Source of the DNA: Stegostoma tigrinum
Lineage: Eukaryota
Assembly: GCF_030684315.1 (NCBI RefSeq)
Contig: NC_081396.1
Location: 2,418,001-2,482,000, forward strand
Length of the DNA: 64,000 nt
Reading direction: 5' to 3'
Under the pieces are notes generated by a model. That model was not told the DNA's origin and made no database searches. It saw only the letters and a program-made list of their open reading frames with translations. Each line of letters begins with the position of its first letter. The first letter of the stretch is position 1. The translations under genes were made by a program, and so were the position numbers. Below are positions 12,535-25,425 of this stretch, piece by piece.

Positions 12535-13035
12535 CAGCATAGGAACAGGCCGTCCAAGCCTGTGCCAATCATCTTGCCCAAATTAATATAAAAACAAACC
12601 TGCCACTTTTCGATCTGTATCCCTCTATTCCCTCCCTACTTATCTACCCATCTAGATGCCTCTTAAATGTCACCATTGTGCCCATATGCACCACCTCTTT
12701 TGGTAGTGCATTCCAGGCTGCTACCACTTCTTGCGTGAAAAACTTACCTCGCAAAGCTCCCTTAAACTTACCCCCTCTGACTTTGAACCTCTGCCCCTTG
12801 TAATTGAAAGTTCAACCCCGTGAAGAAGCTGACTGTCCGTGCTCTCACAATTTTGTAGACCTCTATAAGGTCTCCTCTCAGCCACCGTCTTCCCGGTGAA
12901 AACAACCGTTGTCTTTTTAATCTCTCCTCATAGTCAATGCCCTGGAGACCAGGCAACCTCCTGGTGAACCTTCTCTCTACTGCCTCCAAAGCTTCCAAAT
13001 CTTTTTGGTAGTGTGGTGACCAAAACGGCACACAA
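12535..13035 (-). mobile_element. CR1 LINE 3' fragment
   Basis: ORF 12768-13031 FWSPHYQKDLEALEAVERRFTRRLPG...RWLRGDLIEVYKI. Confidence 0.85.
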
Positions 13036-13540
13036 TAAATATTCTGGTTTTGTTAGGAAGGTTCCTTTTGCACCTCTTAATGTTTTGTTACTCTTTTGAC
13101 TTATTTTGGTTTGTTTGGATCAGGTTTCTAGAAGAACAGGAATGTTCCAATGAAACTGCAATTGTCTGTTCTGATTTTCTGTTTTGTACCGATAGTGAGG
13201 GCTTTTGTTATCTTGTTTCACAAGGTACTGGAAGAAGATTGCAGACTGGATATTCAATCCAAGCGTCACACCTACACCTGTGAGAATCACTCGATTTATT
13301 CATTCTGAATGTTATCAGCCTCTGACTATAGAAGAAATGGTTTCTGTTCTCTTCAAAGGAGAAGATATCAAATGTCAATCTGACTAGAAAAGCAACAAAA
13401 CTGATAAACAGACCTGAGTGAGAGTGTTCTGTTAAACATCCTGAAAAAAAGTCACATATTTGCGGCAGAGAGAAACTGTACATGTGTGGGTGAGGTTTCA
13501 ACTGATCATCCAAACTGGAGAGAAAAAAGGACGTTGTGCA

Positions 13541-14689
13541 ATGGAGAAACCATGGAAATGTGGTGACTGTGGGAAGGGATTCAATTACCCATCTCAACTG
13601 GAAGTTCATCGCCGCAGTCACACTGGGGAGAGGCCATTCACCTGCTCTGTTTGTGGGAAGGGTTTCACCCATTCATACAACCTGCTGACACACCAACGAG
13701 TTCACACTGAGGAGAGGCCATTCGCCTGTCCTGTGTGTGGGAAGGGATTTGCTCGATCATCCCACATTGTGACTCACCAACTTGTCCACACTGATAAGAG
13801 ACCATTTCAATGCCCAAACTGTGAGAAGAGTTTTAAATGCAGAAAGGATCTGATGATACATCAACGTATCCACACTGGGGAGAGGCCATTCACCTGCTCA
13901 GTCTGTGGGATGGCATTCACTCAGTCATCCCACCTTCAGACGCATCAACTGGCTCATTCTGATAACAAACTTTTTAACTGTTCTAACTGCGAGAAGAGCT
14001 TTAAAAGCAAAAAGGACCTGCTGACACACCAGTATACTCATACAGGAGAGAGGCCATTCACCTGCTCTGTGTGTGGGAAGGGATTCACTCGTCCATCTGG
14101 CCTGCTGTATCACCAGCGGATTCACACAGGGGAGAGACCATTCACCTGCTCTGTATGTGGGAAGGGATTCATTAATTCATCCAACCTTTTGATACACCAG
14201 CAACTCCACACAGGAGATAGACCTTTCACCTGCCCTGATTGTGGGAAGGGATTCACCCGTTCATGTAACCTTCTGACACATCAGCAGGTTCACACAAAGG
14301 AGAAACCTTTCACCTGCCCTGTGTGTGGGAAGGGATTCACGCGATCCTCCAACCTAATGAATCACCAACGAGTTCACTCTGGAGAGAGGCCATTCACTTG
14401 TCCAACGTGTGGGAAGGGATTCAGTCAGTCATCCAACCTGCAGACACACCAGAAGATCCACACTGGGGAGAGGCCATTTACCTGCTCTGAGTGTGGGAAG
14501 GAATTTTCTCATTCATCCTACCTGGTGAAACACCAGCGAGTTCACACTGGCGAGAGGCCGTTCACCTGTAATGTCTGTGGCAAGGGATTCATTCAGTCGT
14601 CCCATCTACTAACACACCAGCGAGTTCATAAGCAACTGCAGTGTTTGGATTCTGCACTTGCTGATGCTGCTAAACATATCCAGGACTGA
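13541..14689 (+). CDS. C2H2 zinc-finger protein, 13 fingers, no KRAB
   Basis: Open frame from ATG 13541 ([10 protein letters not shown]; the track start 13460 is TTG). 13 canonical fingers and tail [19 protein letters not shown]. Confidence 0.9.
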   Translation: MEKPWKCGDCGKGFNYPSQLEVHRRSHTGERPFTCSVCGKGFTHSYNLLTHQRVHTEERPFACPVCGKGFARSSHIVTHQLVHTDKRPFQCPNCEKSFKCRKDLMIHQRIHTGERPFTCSVCGMAFTQSSHLQTHQLAHSDNKLFNCSNCEKSFKSKKDLLTHQYTHTGERPFTCSVCGKGFTRPSGLLYHQRIHTGERPFTCSVCGKGFINSSNLLIHQQLHTGDRPFTCPDCGKGFTRSCNLLTHQQVHTKEKPFTCPVCGKGFTRSSNLMNHQRVHSGERPFTCPTCGKGFSQSSNLQTHQKIHTGERPFTCSECGKEFSHSSYLVKHQRVHTGERPFTCNVCGKGFIQSSHLLTHQRVHKQLQCLDSALADAAKHIQD

Positions 14690-15684
14690 ACCATGTTCAC
14701 TCCGATGATCCTGATTTGTTGATGAGTTTGTATATTCTGTATAAATGTAAAATTAATCACCTTTTCTCAAGACAGTTTTGGACCATTTTCTTTCCCACCT
14801 GAGTGTTTAACATCACCTGTCCGCAGTCAGAAAAGACATTCTGGGAGGAGCATGCTATGTCAGAAACAGACCTTTAACTTGGATACAGTCTAGAGGGACA
14901 AATGGGATTTTAGTCTCTCATTTCTCTTCACCCATAACGGGTTCTCATAATGTCAGTGCTGAGGTGCATAACAAATAGATTTGAGTCACTCGCTTCCTTG
15001 GTTCAGAGCCCCAGACACATGCAAAAGCAGCTCCCTTGCAAACGTGTTCAGAGTCAGGAAGAATAATGATGAATGCTGTAAACATGCCGAAAAATTAGTG
15101 TCAAAACTGTGATCTGTTCTGGAACTCAAAACAAAGAATTGCAGGTGCTGGAGATCAGAAACACATGGAAGTGTGTGTTTCTTATCTGTTTTGACTGAAA
15201 GTGAAACAGCACGTTTAATTTTCAAGTCTGAAAATGGCGCTTGATAATTCCACAATAGTTAAACTGGTTTGTGTTACAATCCTGATTTATTGACCAGAAG
15301 TACATTTAAAATGTATGAGTTAAAATCTGTAATAAAGTTGAAGATGGGGGTGTACAATTAGATCTGTAGGTGTCTTTATAGTATTTGATTCCAGATTTTT
15401 AGAAGGGGCCTGCATTGTACCCAGGAATTTCCTCTTTTATTAATATTGCTTCCCACACATTGTCTTTTAAATATACCACATCCCAGCAGGTGAGTTAATA
15501 TGATCTACAATGCATTCCCTGAAAGTCTGAAGGAAACAAATTCAACAGGAAATTTGTAAAGGAAATTGGAAGTATATTTGAATAGGAACGTTTCTCAGGG
15601 CTTTGGAGAAAGATTGGAGAAGTGGAACAGCTGGATAGTTGTTTAAAATAGCTGACCGGATTCACTTAAGGTGAATGGTCCTCT

Positions 15685-15985
15685 TGTGATGCAGTGGTAG
15701 TGTAATTCCCCCACACAGAGAGATCTGGGTTCAAGTCCCACCTGCTCCAGAGATGTGTAAAAACATCTCTGAGTATTTTGAATAGAGAAATAGGTTATAT
15801 TTCTTTCTTTTAAAGATTTGAAGTATTGCACATATGTAGTTCCTGACTCTACACTGTTTCTGTGTCAGTTGCTGCTTTTTATAATTACTTTTCATCAACA
15901 TTTTCAGACAGGCTATGACAAACTTCTGAGGCTGGTGAGACTTAAACCTGCACCTTCTGGCACAGGTAGGGACACTGCTATTGCT
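15685..15985. mobile_element. Two short tRNA-derived SINE copies in inverted orientation
   Basis: Plus copy about 15685-15790 (gcagtggtag...ggttcaagtcccacc...aacatctctga) and minus copy about 15890-15985. Same family as 51231-51340. Confidence 0.55.
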
Positions 15986-16439
15986 TCTCAAAAGCTCTTC
16001 AGTTTTATTTTTTAATGACAAGGAAGACAACAGTGATGTCAGTTGAGCTCAAGTATGGAGACTGCATGGTATGGGCTGAGAGGCATGGCAATGACATGAG
16101 TGAATCAAAGGTGGTATTGAATTAAAATGAATTAAAATCTGTGTGTTCATTCTTGATGCTGTCAGTGTGAAGTCACCCTCACAGCCAGGAAGTCTGTTTG
16201 TGCCGATAACATGAAATTGAACACTTTTTTCATTCTCAGACAGCACAACCTCCTGTTTCTTTGCTGCCGGTCTGAAACCGTGCATCTCACTTCTGGCAGA
16301 AAATATATCTCGGACCATTATCTAGTGGAAACATCTGGGCACAGGGTTAGTGCAGCATCCCACAGATCACATTGCAGTGATATTTTAAAATGTAGCAGCT
16401 ATTTATGTTTAAAGCTTCTGTTTCAGGACAAATTGGTGG

Positions 16440-19262
16440 GCTCGATGGTGTGGAAATGCCGCTGTTGAACTGGGATGGACAAGATCACAAATCACACAAC
16501 ACCAGGTTATAGTCCAACAGGTTTGTTTTATAGTAAATGCTGTTAAATCTTTAATCAGTTAGAACATTTTAATTGATTTATATGTGGAAGTAAATCCCCA
16601 AATTCCTTTGCAGTCACTGTGCTGAGAAAACTAAAGGTTTTATCAGTGTAAATTTTAGGTCAGACAATGCATGTCAGAGGTGAGGCCTGGTGAAAAATCT
16701 GTTTGTGTTTTGGTTTGGAGTCACACTGCTTTTATTTCTAGTGTAGAAATTTATAAAATGCCACATTAACTGACAGCATATTTTTCAACAAAATAGAATG
16801 TATCTATAAAGACAGATTCACTCCGTAGATTCACGTATGTGTGTGCATGAGAGAGTGTGTGTGTGTGTGTGTGTGTGAGTGAGAGAGAGAGAGAGAGAGT
16901 GTGAGAGTTTGTGTGTATGTGAGAGTGTGTGTGTGGGAGAGAAAAAATGTGTCTGAGAGAATGTGAGTGTGACTGTGTATGAATATCTGTGAGTGTGAGA
17001 GTGTATCCATGTGTGAGAGAGAGACACTGTGTATTTGAATGTGAGAGTGTGTCTGTGTGTGAGAGAGGGAGAGACTATGAGAGAGAGTGTGTGTGAGAGA
17101 GAGAGAATGTGTGTGAGATAGTGTGTGTGTNNNNNNNNNNNNNNNNNNNNNNNNNNNNNNNNNNNNNNNNNNNNNNNNNNNNNNNNNNNNNNNNNNNNNN
17201 NNNNNNNNNNNNNNNNNNNNNNNNNNNNNNNNNNNNNNNNNNNNNNNNNNNNNNNNNNNNNNNNNNNNNNNNNNNNNNNNNNNNCTGAGAGAGAGTGTGT
17301 GTGAGGGAGAGAGAATGTGTGTGTGTGAGAGAGAGAATGTATGTGTGTGAGAGAGGGAGAGANNNNNNNNNNNNNNNNNNNNNNNNNNNNNNNNNNNNNN
17401 NNNNNNNNNNNNNNNNNNNNNNNNNNNNNNNNNNNNNNNNNNNNNNNNNNNNNNNNNNNNNNNNNNNNNNNNNNNNNNNNNNNNNNNNNNNATAGAGAAT
17501 CTGTGTGAGGGAGAGAGAATATGTGTGTGAGAGAGACAGAATGTGTGCATGAGAGAGAGAGAATGTGTGCATGAGAGAGAGCGTGTGCATGTGAAAGAGT
17601 GTGTGTGAGAGTGTGTGAGAATGTGTGTGNNNNNNNNNNNNNNNNNNNNNNNNNNNNNNNNNNNNNNNNNNNNNNNNNNNNNNNNNNNNNNNNNNNNNNN
17701 NNNNNNNNNNNNNNNNNNNNNNNNNNNNNNNNNNNNNNNNNNNNNNNNNNNNNNNNNNNNNNNNNNNNNNNNNNNNNNNNNNNNNNNNNNNNNNNNNNNN
17801 NNNNNNNNNNNNNNNNNNNNNNNNNNNNNNNNNNNNNNNNNNNNNNNNNNNNNNNNNNNNNNNNNNNNNNNNNNNNNNNNNNNNNNNNNNNNNNNNNNNN
17901 NNNNNNNNNNNNNNNNNNNNNNNNNNNNNNNNNNNNNNNNNNNNNNNNNNNNNNNNNNNNNNNNNNNNNNNNNNNNNNNNNNNNNNNNNNNNNNNNNNNN
18001 NNNNNNNNNNNNNNNNNNNNNNNNNNNNNNNNNNNNNNNNNNNNNNNNNNNNNNNNNNNNNNNNNNNNNNNNNNNNNNNNNNNNNNNNNNNNNNNNNNNN
18101 NNNNNNNNNNNNNNNNNNNNNNNNNNNNNNNNNNNNNNNNNNNNNNNNNNNNNNNNNNNNNNNNNNNNNNNNNNNNNNNNNNNNNNNNNNNNNNNNNNNN
18201 NNNNNNNNNNNNNNNNNNNNNNNNNNNNNNNNNNNNNNNNNNNNNNNNNNNNNNNNNNNNNNNNNNNNNNNNNNNNNNNNNNNNNNNNNNNNNNNNNNNN
18301 NNNNNNNNNNNNNNNNNNNNNNNNNNNNNNNNNNNNNNNNNNNNNNNNNTGAGAGAGAGTGGAGGAGAATTGTGTGTGTGTGTGAGAGAGATTGTATCTG
18401 TGTGTGTGAGAGAGAGAGTGCAGGAGAATTGTGTGTGTGAGAGAGAGATGTGTGTTTGGGAGAGTATGTTTGTGTGTAGGAGTGTGAGTTTGTGGGCAAG
18501 TAACAGTGTATGTGTGAGACAGTGAAGGTGTATGTGTGCTTGAGAGACTACGTGTGTATGGGAGAGTATCTGTTGCAAGGTTTCCTTAATCACATACAGA
18601 GGCCTACTCTCCCCCCCACACACACACACACATTCTCACTCTCCCTCTATCTCACACATATTCTCTCTCTCGTGCACACAGAACACTCTCTCTCACACAC
18701 AGACATACTCTCACTCACAAAAACGTACTCTGACTCACGCATGGGCACTCACTTTCATACACACTCACATTCTCATTCTCCCTCACACACATACTGTCTC
18801 TCTCATACACATACAAACACACTCTCTCTCTCTTGCACACTCACGTGAATCTATGGAGTGAATTTGTATTATGCAGATACATTCTATTTTATTCAAAAAG
18901 CACACAATTCGTGGACAGTCACTCAATGTCAGTCATTCCTACATTAAAAACATACTCCAAACTAAAACTCAAACATTCTAAACAAGACTTCACACTGACA
19001 TGCATTGTCTGACCTAAAATGCCACATTTTTCCACTGATAAAACCTTTAGTTTTCTCAGGAAGTGACTTCAAAGGAATTTGGGGATTTACATATGCATAT
19101 TAATCAATTAAAATGTTCTGACTGATTAAAGATTTAATAACATTTTAGGTTTGTTGGGGGAATCCTCATGAGTGGTGTGACCCTTTGTCATCTTTTGCTT
19201 ATAAATTCAGTGTCTGATACTACCTCTCTCACTTACACCTGAAGAAGGAGTATGGTTCTGTG
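16440..19262. mobile_element. Large inverted-repeat structure with GT/GA-rich simple-repeat arms, probable PLE with inverted pLTR; contains N gaps
   Basis: 16535-16850 is the diverged reverse complement of about 18830-19145. (GT/GA)n switches to (CA/CT)n at about 18600. N runs at 17131-17284, 17363-17491 and 17630-18349. The tail at 16460-16525 resembles 63880-63955. Confidence 0.6.
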
Positions 19263-19699
19263 GGACACAACATTATGCTATGATTTGTTTATTATATCTT
19301 CCCTTATCTCAGTTATGATTCATTAGACAATAATACAACATCCTACCTTAATCCCCTCTCCTTCCTGCCTGACAGCTGTAAATCCAGGGATGTTCAGCTG
19401 CTATGCTCCCACTCTTTAAGCCATGTTTTCAGTATGTTCATGATATCGTCACTGTTGTAATTCATGTATCAGGGCATCCAGTTCTTTCAAAACTGCAACA
19501 TTGTGCATTCCCTTTCCACTGGAAGAATTATCCTCCTTGCCAAAGTGTATGATCTCTCATTTCACACATTTCATCCAGCTGCAATTTTTGCCCACGTATT
19601 TAATCTCTGCATCCATTCAGTCGCTACTCTCAGAAATTCCCTTTCAAGAGCTCTCTCTGTGGGAATGGATTCAGAAAATCATCAGAACTCTCTGTACAT

Positions 19700-20130
19700 T
19701 AGTGCACCCAAAACTGGGTTGCGGCCATACATCTGCGCTGCCTTTGGGGAGGGGTTCATTAATTCATCCAATCTGTTGAGATACCGATGAGTTCATACTG
19801 AGATGAGAATTTTTAAATGTTCCAACTGTGAGGAGAGTTTTAACAGCAGCAATAACCTGCTGAGACACCAATACACTCACACAAGAGAGAAGCCATTCAC
19901 CTGCTCTGTGTAGGAAGGGATTGAGTCAGTCATCTGCCCTGGTGACACACCAGTAAATTCATATTGAGGACAGACCATTCACCTACTCCATGCGTGTGAG
20001 GGAATTCACTTGTGCATCCCACCTTCTGAGACACCAATGGCTTCACATCGAGGAGAGGCTATTCACTGTTTGTGGGAAGGGATTCGCTCAGCCATCCAAC
20101 CTGCTGCAATATCAGTGAGTCCGCAGTTGA
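19700..20130 (+). pseudogene. C2H2 zinc-finger pseudogene fragment, paralog of 13541-14689
   Basis: [21 protein letters not shown] and HQYTH fingers with stops. Downstream sequence 20280-20380 resembles 15045-15210. Confidence 0.8.
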
Positions 20131-20622
20131 CGATAGGGGTTTGATTCTAGTGATCTTACTGCCCTCATCATAGCCAGGACTGAACTAGCAAGTTATACCT
20201 GAGCAGTGCAAGAAATGTCCCAGCCGCTTTCTTCCATGGTTTAGGGGTCCTAGACATTGGCCAGATGATCCTTTACAACTGTGTTTAGAGTCAGAAATAA
20301 CAACGCTGAAGGCTGAAAAAGTGCTATCAAATCGCAGATTAGCATTGAAATATGACCTTTTCTGACTGGAAGTGAATTAATAGGTTCATTGGTAAGTAGA
20401 AAACATGAACAAAAGCCTTCCATTGCTAATATGTAATCTTTCAGCCTTTTCTAAGGAAAAGAGCTTCAGACTTTCATGGTTATTACAAGATATCCCTTTA
20501 TGTGATATTCGTGGTTTAACATTTACTTTCCTTGTCCTTGTGAATTATGACAGCAGCAGAAATATTTCATATCTGAGGGATTTCAGTTTGGGCTATTTGC
20601 ATTTACAACATTTTCAGATTTT

Positions 20623-20751
20623 CTGAATAAGGGTCTAGGCCCGAAACGTCAGCTTTCCTGTTCCTCTGATGCGGCTTGGCCTGCTGTGTTCATCCAGCTC
20701 TACACCTTGTTATCTCAGATTTTCCAGCATCTGCAGTTCCTACTATCTCTG
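20623..20751 (+). mobile_element. Solo PLE terminal repeat with hammerhead-like motif (core mutated to ctgaata)
   Basis: ctgaataagggtctaggcccgaaacgtcagc...ttatctcagattttccagcatctgcagttcctactatctctg, colinear with 24453-24586. Confidence 0.8.
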
Positions 20752-20884
20752 GATCTTGTTGTTTGTGGTTTTAAACAGATGGAACTCTGTGAGGCTGGAG
20801 CAGACATTTTGCAGCATTGTTTAATTTTTAAGCTAAGCAAGTTCCCTGTGATTGGCACTGCCCTGAGAAATTAATAACTACATG

Positions 20885-21560
20885 GCTGACCTCCACTTTG
20901 TTGCTTTGAAAGAGATGCAATGTGTGTACATTTTCTTTCTGTTTGCTAATATCAGGGGCTTGTGTACGAACACACATAGCTTCCACATGCACCACATCAT
21001 GTGCTGGACTAACAACTCTAATTCCCAGCTATTAGTAATTGTAATCAGTAACAATGGAATACTTTGAAAGTGTTGACCAATTCAAAGTTGCATTTAATGC
21101 TGGACACAGTTTTCAGAATTTTGCGAGAATGGACTGATTGAGTATGGTCAATACCTTGCCATTGCAAAGAATCAAAGGGACATAATGTTTGATATGATCA
21201 GGCAACCTTCAGGATTATGGCCTACATGCCTGGTATCACACTGGGACAGAATATCATGTCCATCTATGTGATAGGTCGAACTCTTTCTTTGCTTGGTTGG
21301 CAGCATTCTGTTAGTATTGAACACCAATCCTGTTACTCCTAACTGTAGCAGCAGATTGGATCAGCTGGCTTCACTTGATGCTCAAATGTTTGAGATAACT
21401 TGATAATACAGGGTAATCTAAGGTACACAGGGCACTTTCTAGGGTGAAACATCATAGCCTTTGTCTTGTCATGAGCAGTTTGCACAATAATTGACAAGAG
21501 ATCAGATGATATTGTCATGGGATCCTTTATTGGGTTCCAGGAAAAACATGCCATCAATGG
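20885..21560 (-). mobile_element. Degenerate Penelope-like element of a different family (thumb/linker plus GIY-YIG)
   Basis: Minus-strand fragments KCPVYLRLP...SQTFEHQVK, VFNTNRMLP, QCDTRHVG (GIY-YIG YVG-like), IKHYVP and QKENVHTLHLFQ. Confidence 0.6.
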
Positions 21561-22044
21561 AACAATACGGGACCTATCTCTCTTTTACACAGATAATGGT
21601 TCACATGTGGAAATGAATTGCCAGAGGAAGTGGTGGATGCAGGTAGAGTTCCAATAAATAAAAAGACATTTGGATAATTTTAAAAAAAATTAGGTGTCAT
21701 TCCGTTGATAACACATTTCTCCTGCAACTCAGTAAGGATGTTTGCAGCGATCCCAAGACAATACAACTTTACCTCTTGCAATGTATTTTACAAACTCATG
21801 ACAAGCCAAAGGCTGTCACATTTCAGCCTGAGAGTGCAAACATCACTTCCTCTGGCAGTTCAAAGCACCAATGAACTACTATCTGTGTGAAAATGTCGCC
21901 CAGCATGTTCTCTTTTAAACCTTTCTCCTCTTAACTTCAAAAAAAAAGCTCCCTAGTTTTGAACTCCCCTCCCTAGGGAAAAGACTCTTGCTATTCAGGT
22001 TATCTTGTTGGAAATGAGAATGGAGGAAACTGGAACAGAATCCC

Positions 22045-23100
22045 GTCCCCAGTGAGAACTCACTGGTGTGTTAGGAGGTAACTGAGTGAATCCTTTCCCA
22101 CACTCAGAGCAGGTGAACAGCCTCTCCCCAATATGCTCACGCAGTGAGTTGAGATGATTGCCTGAACGCAGTCCTACAGTGAGAGCATCTGAACAGCCTC
22201 ATGTCAGAGTGAACATATTGATGACATGTCAATTCTCCAAACTTTTAGAGCACTTCCCACAGTCTGGGCATTCAAAAGATCTCCCTCGAGTGTGAATTAT
22301 CTGGTTTAGTGAGTTGGGATGATTATTTAAACCCAACCACACAGTGAGGGCACCTGAGCCGTCTTTTCACAGTGTGAACATGTTGGTGGGACTTCAGATT
22401 CTGGGAGCATTTCCAGCATTTCCCGCAGTCTAGGTATTTAAACGATCTTTTGTCAGTGTGAATCTGCTGGTGTCTCTGCAACTGGGCTGACTGAATGAAT
22501 CACTGCCCACTCTCAGAGCAGGTCATTGGCCTTTCCCCAGTGTGAACCCACTGGTGTACAGTGAGTTGAGATGATCACTTGAACCTTGTCCCACATTGAC
22601 ACCCCTGAATATCCCTCCTAGGTGTGAACACGTTGATGGGACATCAGCTCTCCAGAATTTTTATAATGCTTCCCCCAGTCTGTAAATTTAAAAGGTCTCA
22701 CTTCAGTGTGCGCATGCTGGTGTATCAGCATGTGGGGATGACTGAATCCTCTTCCACATTCAAAGCAAGAGAACAGCATCTCTTCAGTCTGTACTTGCCA
22801 GTGTGTCACCTGTCTGGATAACTGAGTGAATCTCTTCCCACACTCTGGGCAGATGAACGGTCTCTCCCCAGTGTGACTGCAGTCTTGAGTTACATGAGTT
22901 TAGAGTTCTGATGGGTAACTGAATTTCTGCCCACAATCTCCATATTTCCATGGTTTTTTTTCTCAGAACGATTGGTGCCTTTATCTGTTGTGGTCAAAGG
23001 CTGATGATATTCAGGGCCTGGTGAACTGATTAACTCAGATGGTGATGCAATATTTGGTTTGGGTTTTGCTGACTGCAAGTCATTTCCTTCTATATCCTGT
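22045..23100 (-). pseudogene. C2H2 zinc-finger pseudogene
   Basis: Acceptor ttcacag plus leader (QDIEGNDLQS...GPEYHQPL), followed by broken fingers such as HTEVRPFKF...[14 protein letters not shown]. Confidence 0.85.
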
Positions 23101-23789
23101 GAACTGTATTTGAAACCAAAGTGGGAAGTGAGAAACACAAGGCAGGCTGTGAAATCAAGCCAATAAACTGGTAATTTGGGGAGCACGCTTTGGAAAATGT
23201 GACAATGAAAGATGTTGGACTGTTGTAGAAACTCAACTTGTTCACAACTGCCTTCAGGAAAGAGAAGCTGCCACCTGTCTGAACTTATACCAGATTCTGG
23301 TCTCTGTAGGAGGAGAGAGAGCTGGGAATAGCAGGAGACAAACTAAAGGGACATTTTCCTCCATTTAATCAGGACGAAGACTGAAGCTATTGCTTTCAGT
23401 GTCCGCTGCTATCCCCACTTCCGATCTACCAATCGTGGCATCAGGGGTATAATAATACAAAAAAAAGTCTCCAGCCATCTGCAGGGCACTGCCATTCAAA
23501 TTTTCATGTTAAGTCCAATAATCTGCACTTTCCACTGTGAGTCGCGGGGCCCCATTCTCAATTAACAGGGAACTGGTAGTGTCTTTTCTGTGGAGAACCC
23601 CCATCTCTCTGCCGGATCAGTTGCTCCCTCTGACCGACCTCATTCTCTTCGACTGTGCATCTGTCCATCACCAGTGCGCTCTCCATGCACTGTTCCCACT
23701 GTGACTTCAAGAATCAATATCAATCCTGGAAACAGGTCAGTGAAGATTAACCACAAAGTGGGTTCTGGAATGTAGATGGGTATTCCACC

Positions 23790-24250
23790 TTCTGTGAAGC
23801 TGAGGTCCAAAGCTGCTGCCTATGCCTTACCTTGAAGCAAAACTCATTCCTCCATCGCTCCCACACTTGTTGATCTCCACTGACTCTTCGTTAAGCTGTG
23901 TCCTTGTTTTAAAATCCTTATTCATGAATTCAAATCTTTCCATTTCTCACCCTTTCCTACCTCAGTAACCCTGCTGACCCTCACGGATATCCAGATTGCA
24001 CTCCTCAAATACTGATCCCTTCTGCATTCCAATGAGATTGCTCCACTTTCACTTCCTGAGAGCCTAAGCTCTGGAATTCTCTCTCTATATCCTCCCTGTC
24101 ACTACCTCACATTCCTCCTTCAAGAATTTTCTGAAAAACACTTATTTGACTAAACATTTTATGGCTGATGTTGTACTTTCTTACTTAATGCTCCTGAGAA
24201 GCATCTTAAGACTTTACATGATATTAAAAGGGTGATCGAAGTTGTTATTG
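23790..24250 (+). mobile_element. Old L2-like LINE 3' fragment
   Basis: ctccactgactc...tttaaaatcctta...cctaagctctggaattctctc...tgagaagcatctt, typical of degenerate L2 3' ends. Confidence 0.5.
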
Positions 24251-24452
24251 TACAATATAAACAGGCAATCACCTCTTGCATACTCGAAATCTGCTACAGT
24301 TCTTTGCAGCCTTTCAGTGTGAAGTTGCACAACTAACGTGAATGAAAGTTGGAGTGGTAAACGATTGACCATCCGCTCAGAACTGAGCAATATTGCCAAA
24401 CTCAGAGAACCACACAGACAATCCAGGGAGTACACATTGAGGGATGATATGT

Positions 24453-24586
24453 GATCAGAGATAATGGGAACTGCAGACGCTGGAGAATCCAAGATAACAA
24501 AGTGTGAAGCTGGATGAACACAGCAGGCCAAGCCGCATCTTAGGGGCACAAAAGCTGACGTTTCGGGCCTAGACCCTTCATCAGAA
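24453..24586 (-). mobile_element. Stand-alone 134-bp PLE terminal-repeat insertion with intact hammerhead motif and 14-bp TSD
   Basis: TSD gagggatgatatgt at 24439-24452 and 24587-24600. Insert reads ttCTGATGAagggtctaggcccGAAAcGTCagc...cccattatctctgatc. Confidence 0.9.
24557..24584 (-). ncRNA. Minimal type I hammerhead ribozyme motif
   Basis: CUGAUGA, stem II GGG/CCC, GAAA, palindromic ACGU stem III, GUC triplet. Stem I is only 2 bp. Confidence 0.6.
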
Positions 24587-25229
24587 GAGGGATGATATGT
24601 CACCATCTCAGCAATCAGTACGCTCAGCAACTGAGGATTCACAGATTAGAGAATTCCAAAGATTCACAGCAATTTGAGTGAAAATTATGCCCCACTTTTA
24701 ATACTAAATGGCTTACACATGATGAAGAGAATGTAAGGCCATTTCTGGACAAACCATTCAGGGATAAACACCTTCTGTGCAACAACACTGTCAAACTATT
24801 TCTGAATTTTAGACAACTCAATAAGATGTTGTCCAAAACTCGAGAGAGAACAGGCACATCTTATCTCACCTCCATGTCAACCATTTCATCTCATGGGCCA
24901 GTTCAGTGGACGTGTTAGCAGAGGGGCAACTAACCAAGAGAAGAAACTCAGGAAAAAGATGGAGGTCATTGGACCTGGTAAGCTGCTTTGAAAGAGCAGT
25001 TGAGGTTCATTGATGAGGAGTGAGATTGTGCCAGCGAAAACAGCTGGAAGTAAAATCTATCCTATGACTATCCATATTTTCTCTCTCACCACTGTCTCTA
25101 CCATCAGTGCTTGTCAGTACAGTCACTCGTAGAGTTTTTTTTATAGTATGGCCTCAATGTCATCAAACATCCATTTGTTTAATACCATTTTTCAGCATTT
25201 GGCCTTGTAAATTTTCCAGTGTTCCTCTA

Positions 25230-25425
25230 AAGGAGGGCGGGAACAGTTCATTCACGTCACAGGGAGACAGCCAACCTCGAACCTAAACCTCAGGTTGTCC
25301 CTTTTGACAAAAGTCCCTCGGGTTTCCCAAGGAACTGGTCGAGCCTGTTTCGGTGTTGTGCGCCTGCGTTCCATACCCTTGCCGACGTAAACAAATGGGC
25401 GGGACCTGCATAATGCATGTGACCA
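25230..25425. promoter_or_regulatory. Promoter-like CpG patch between two divergent ZNF pseudogenes
   Basis: GC boxes gggcggg (about 25235 and 25397), cacgtca CRE-like site and tgcgcctgcg NRF1-like site. Confidence 0.45.

Noticed and set aside
16818-18848. Long His/Thr/Ser/Leu or Cys/Val/Arg/Glu ORFs
   Set aside because: Translations of dinucleotide repeats and N gaps.
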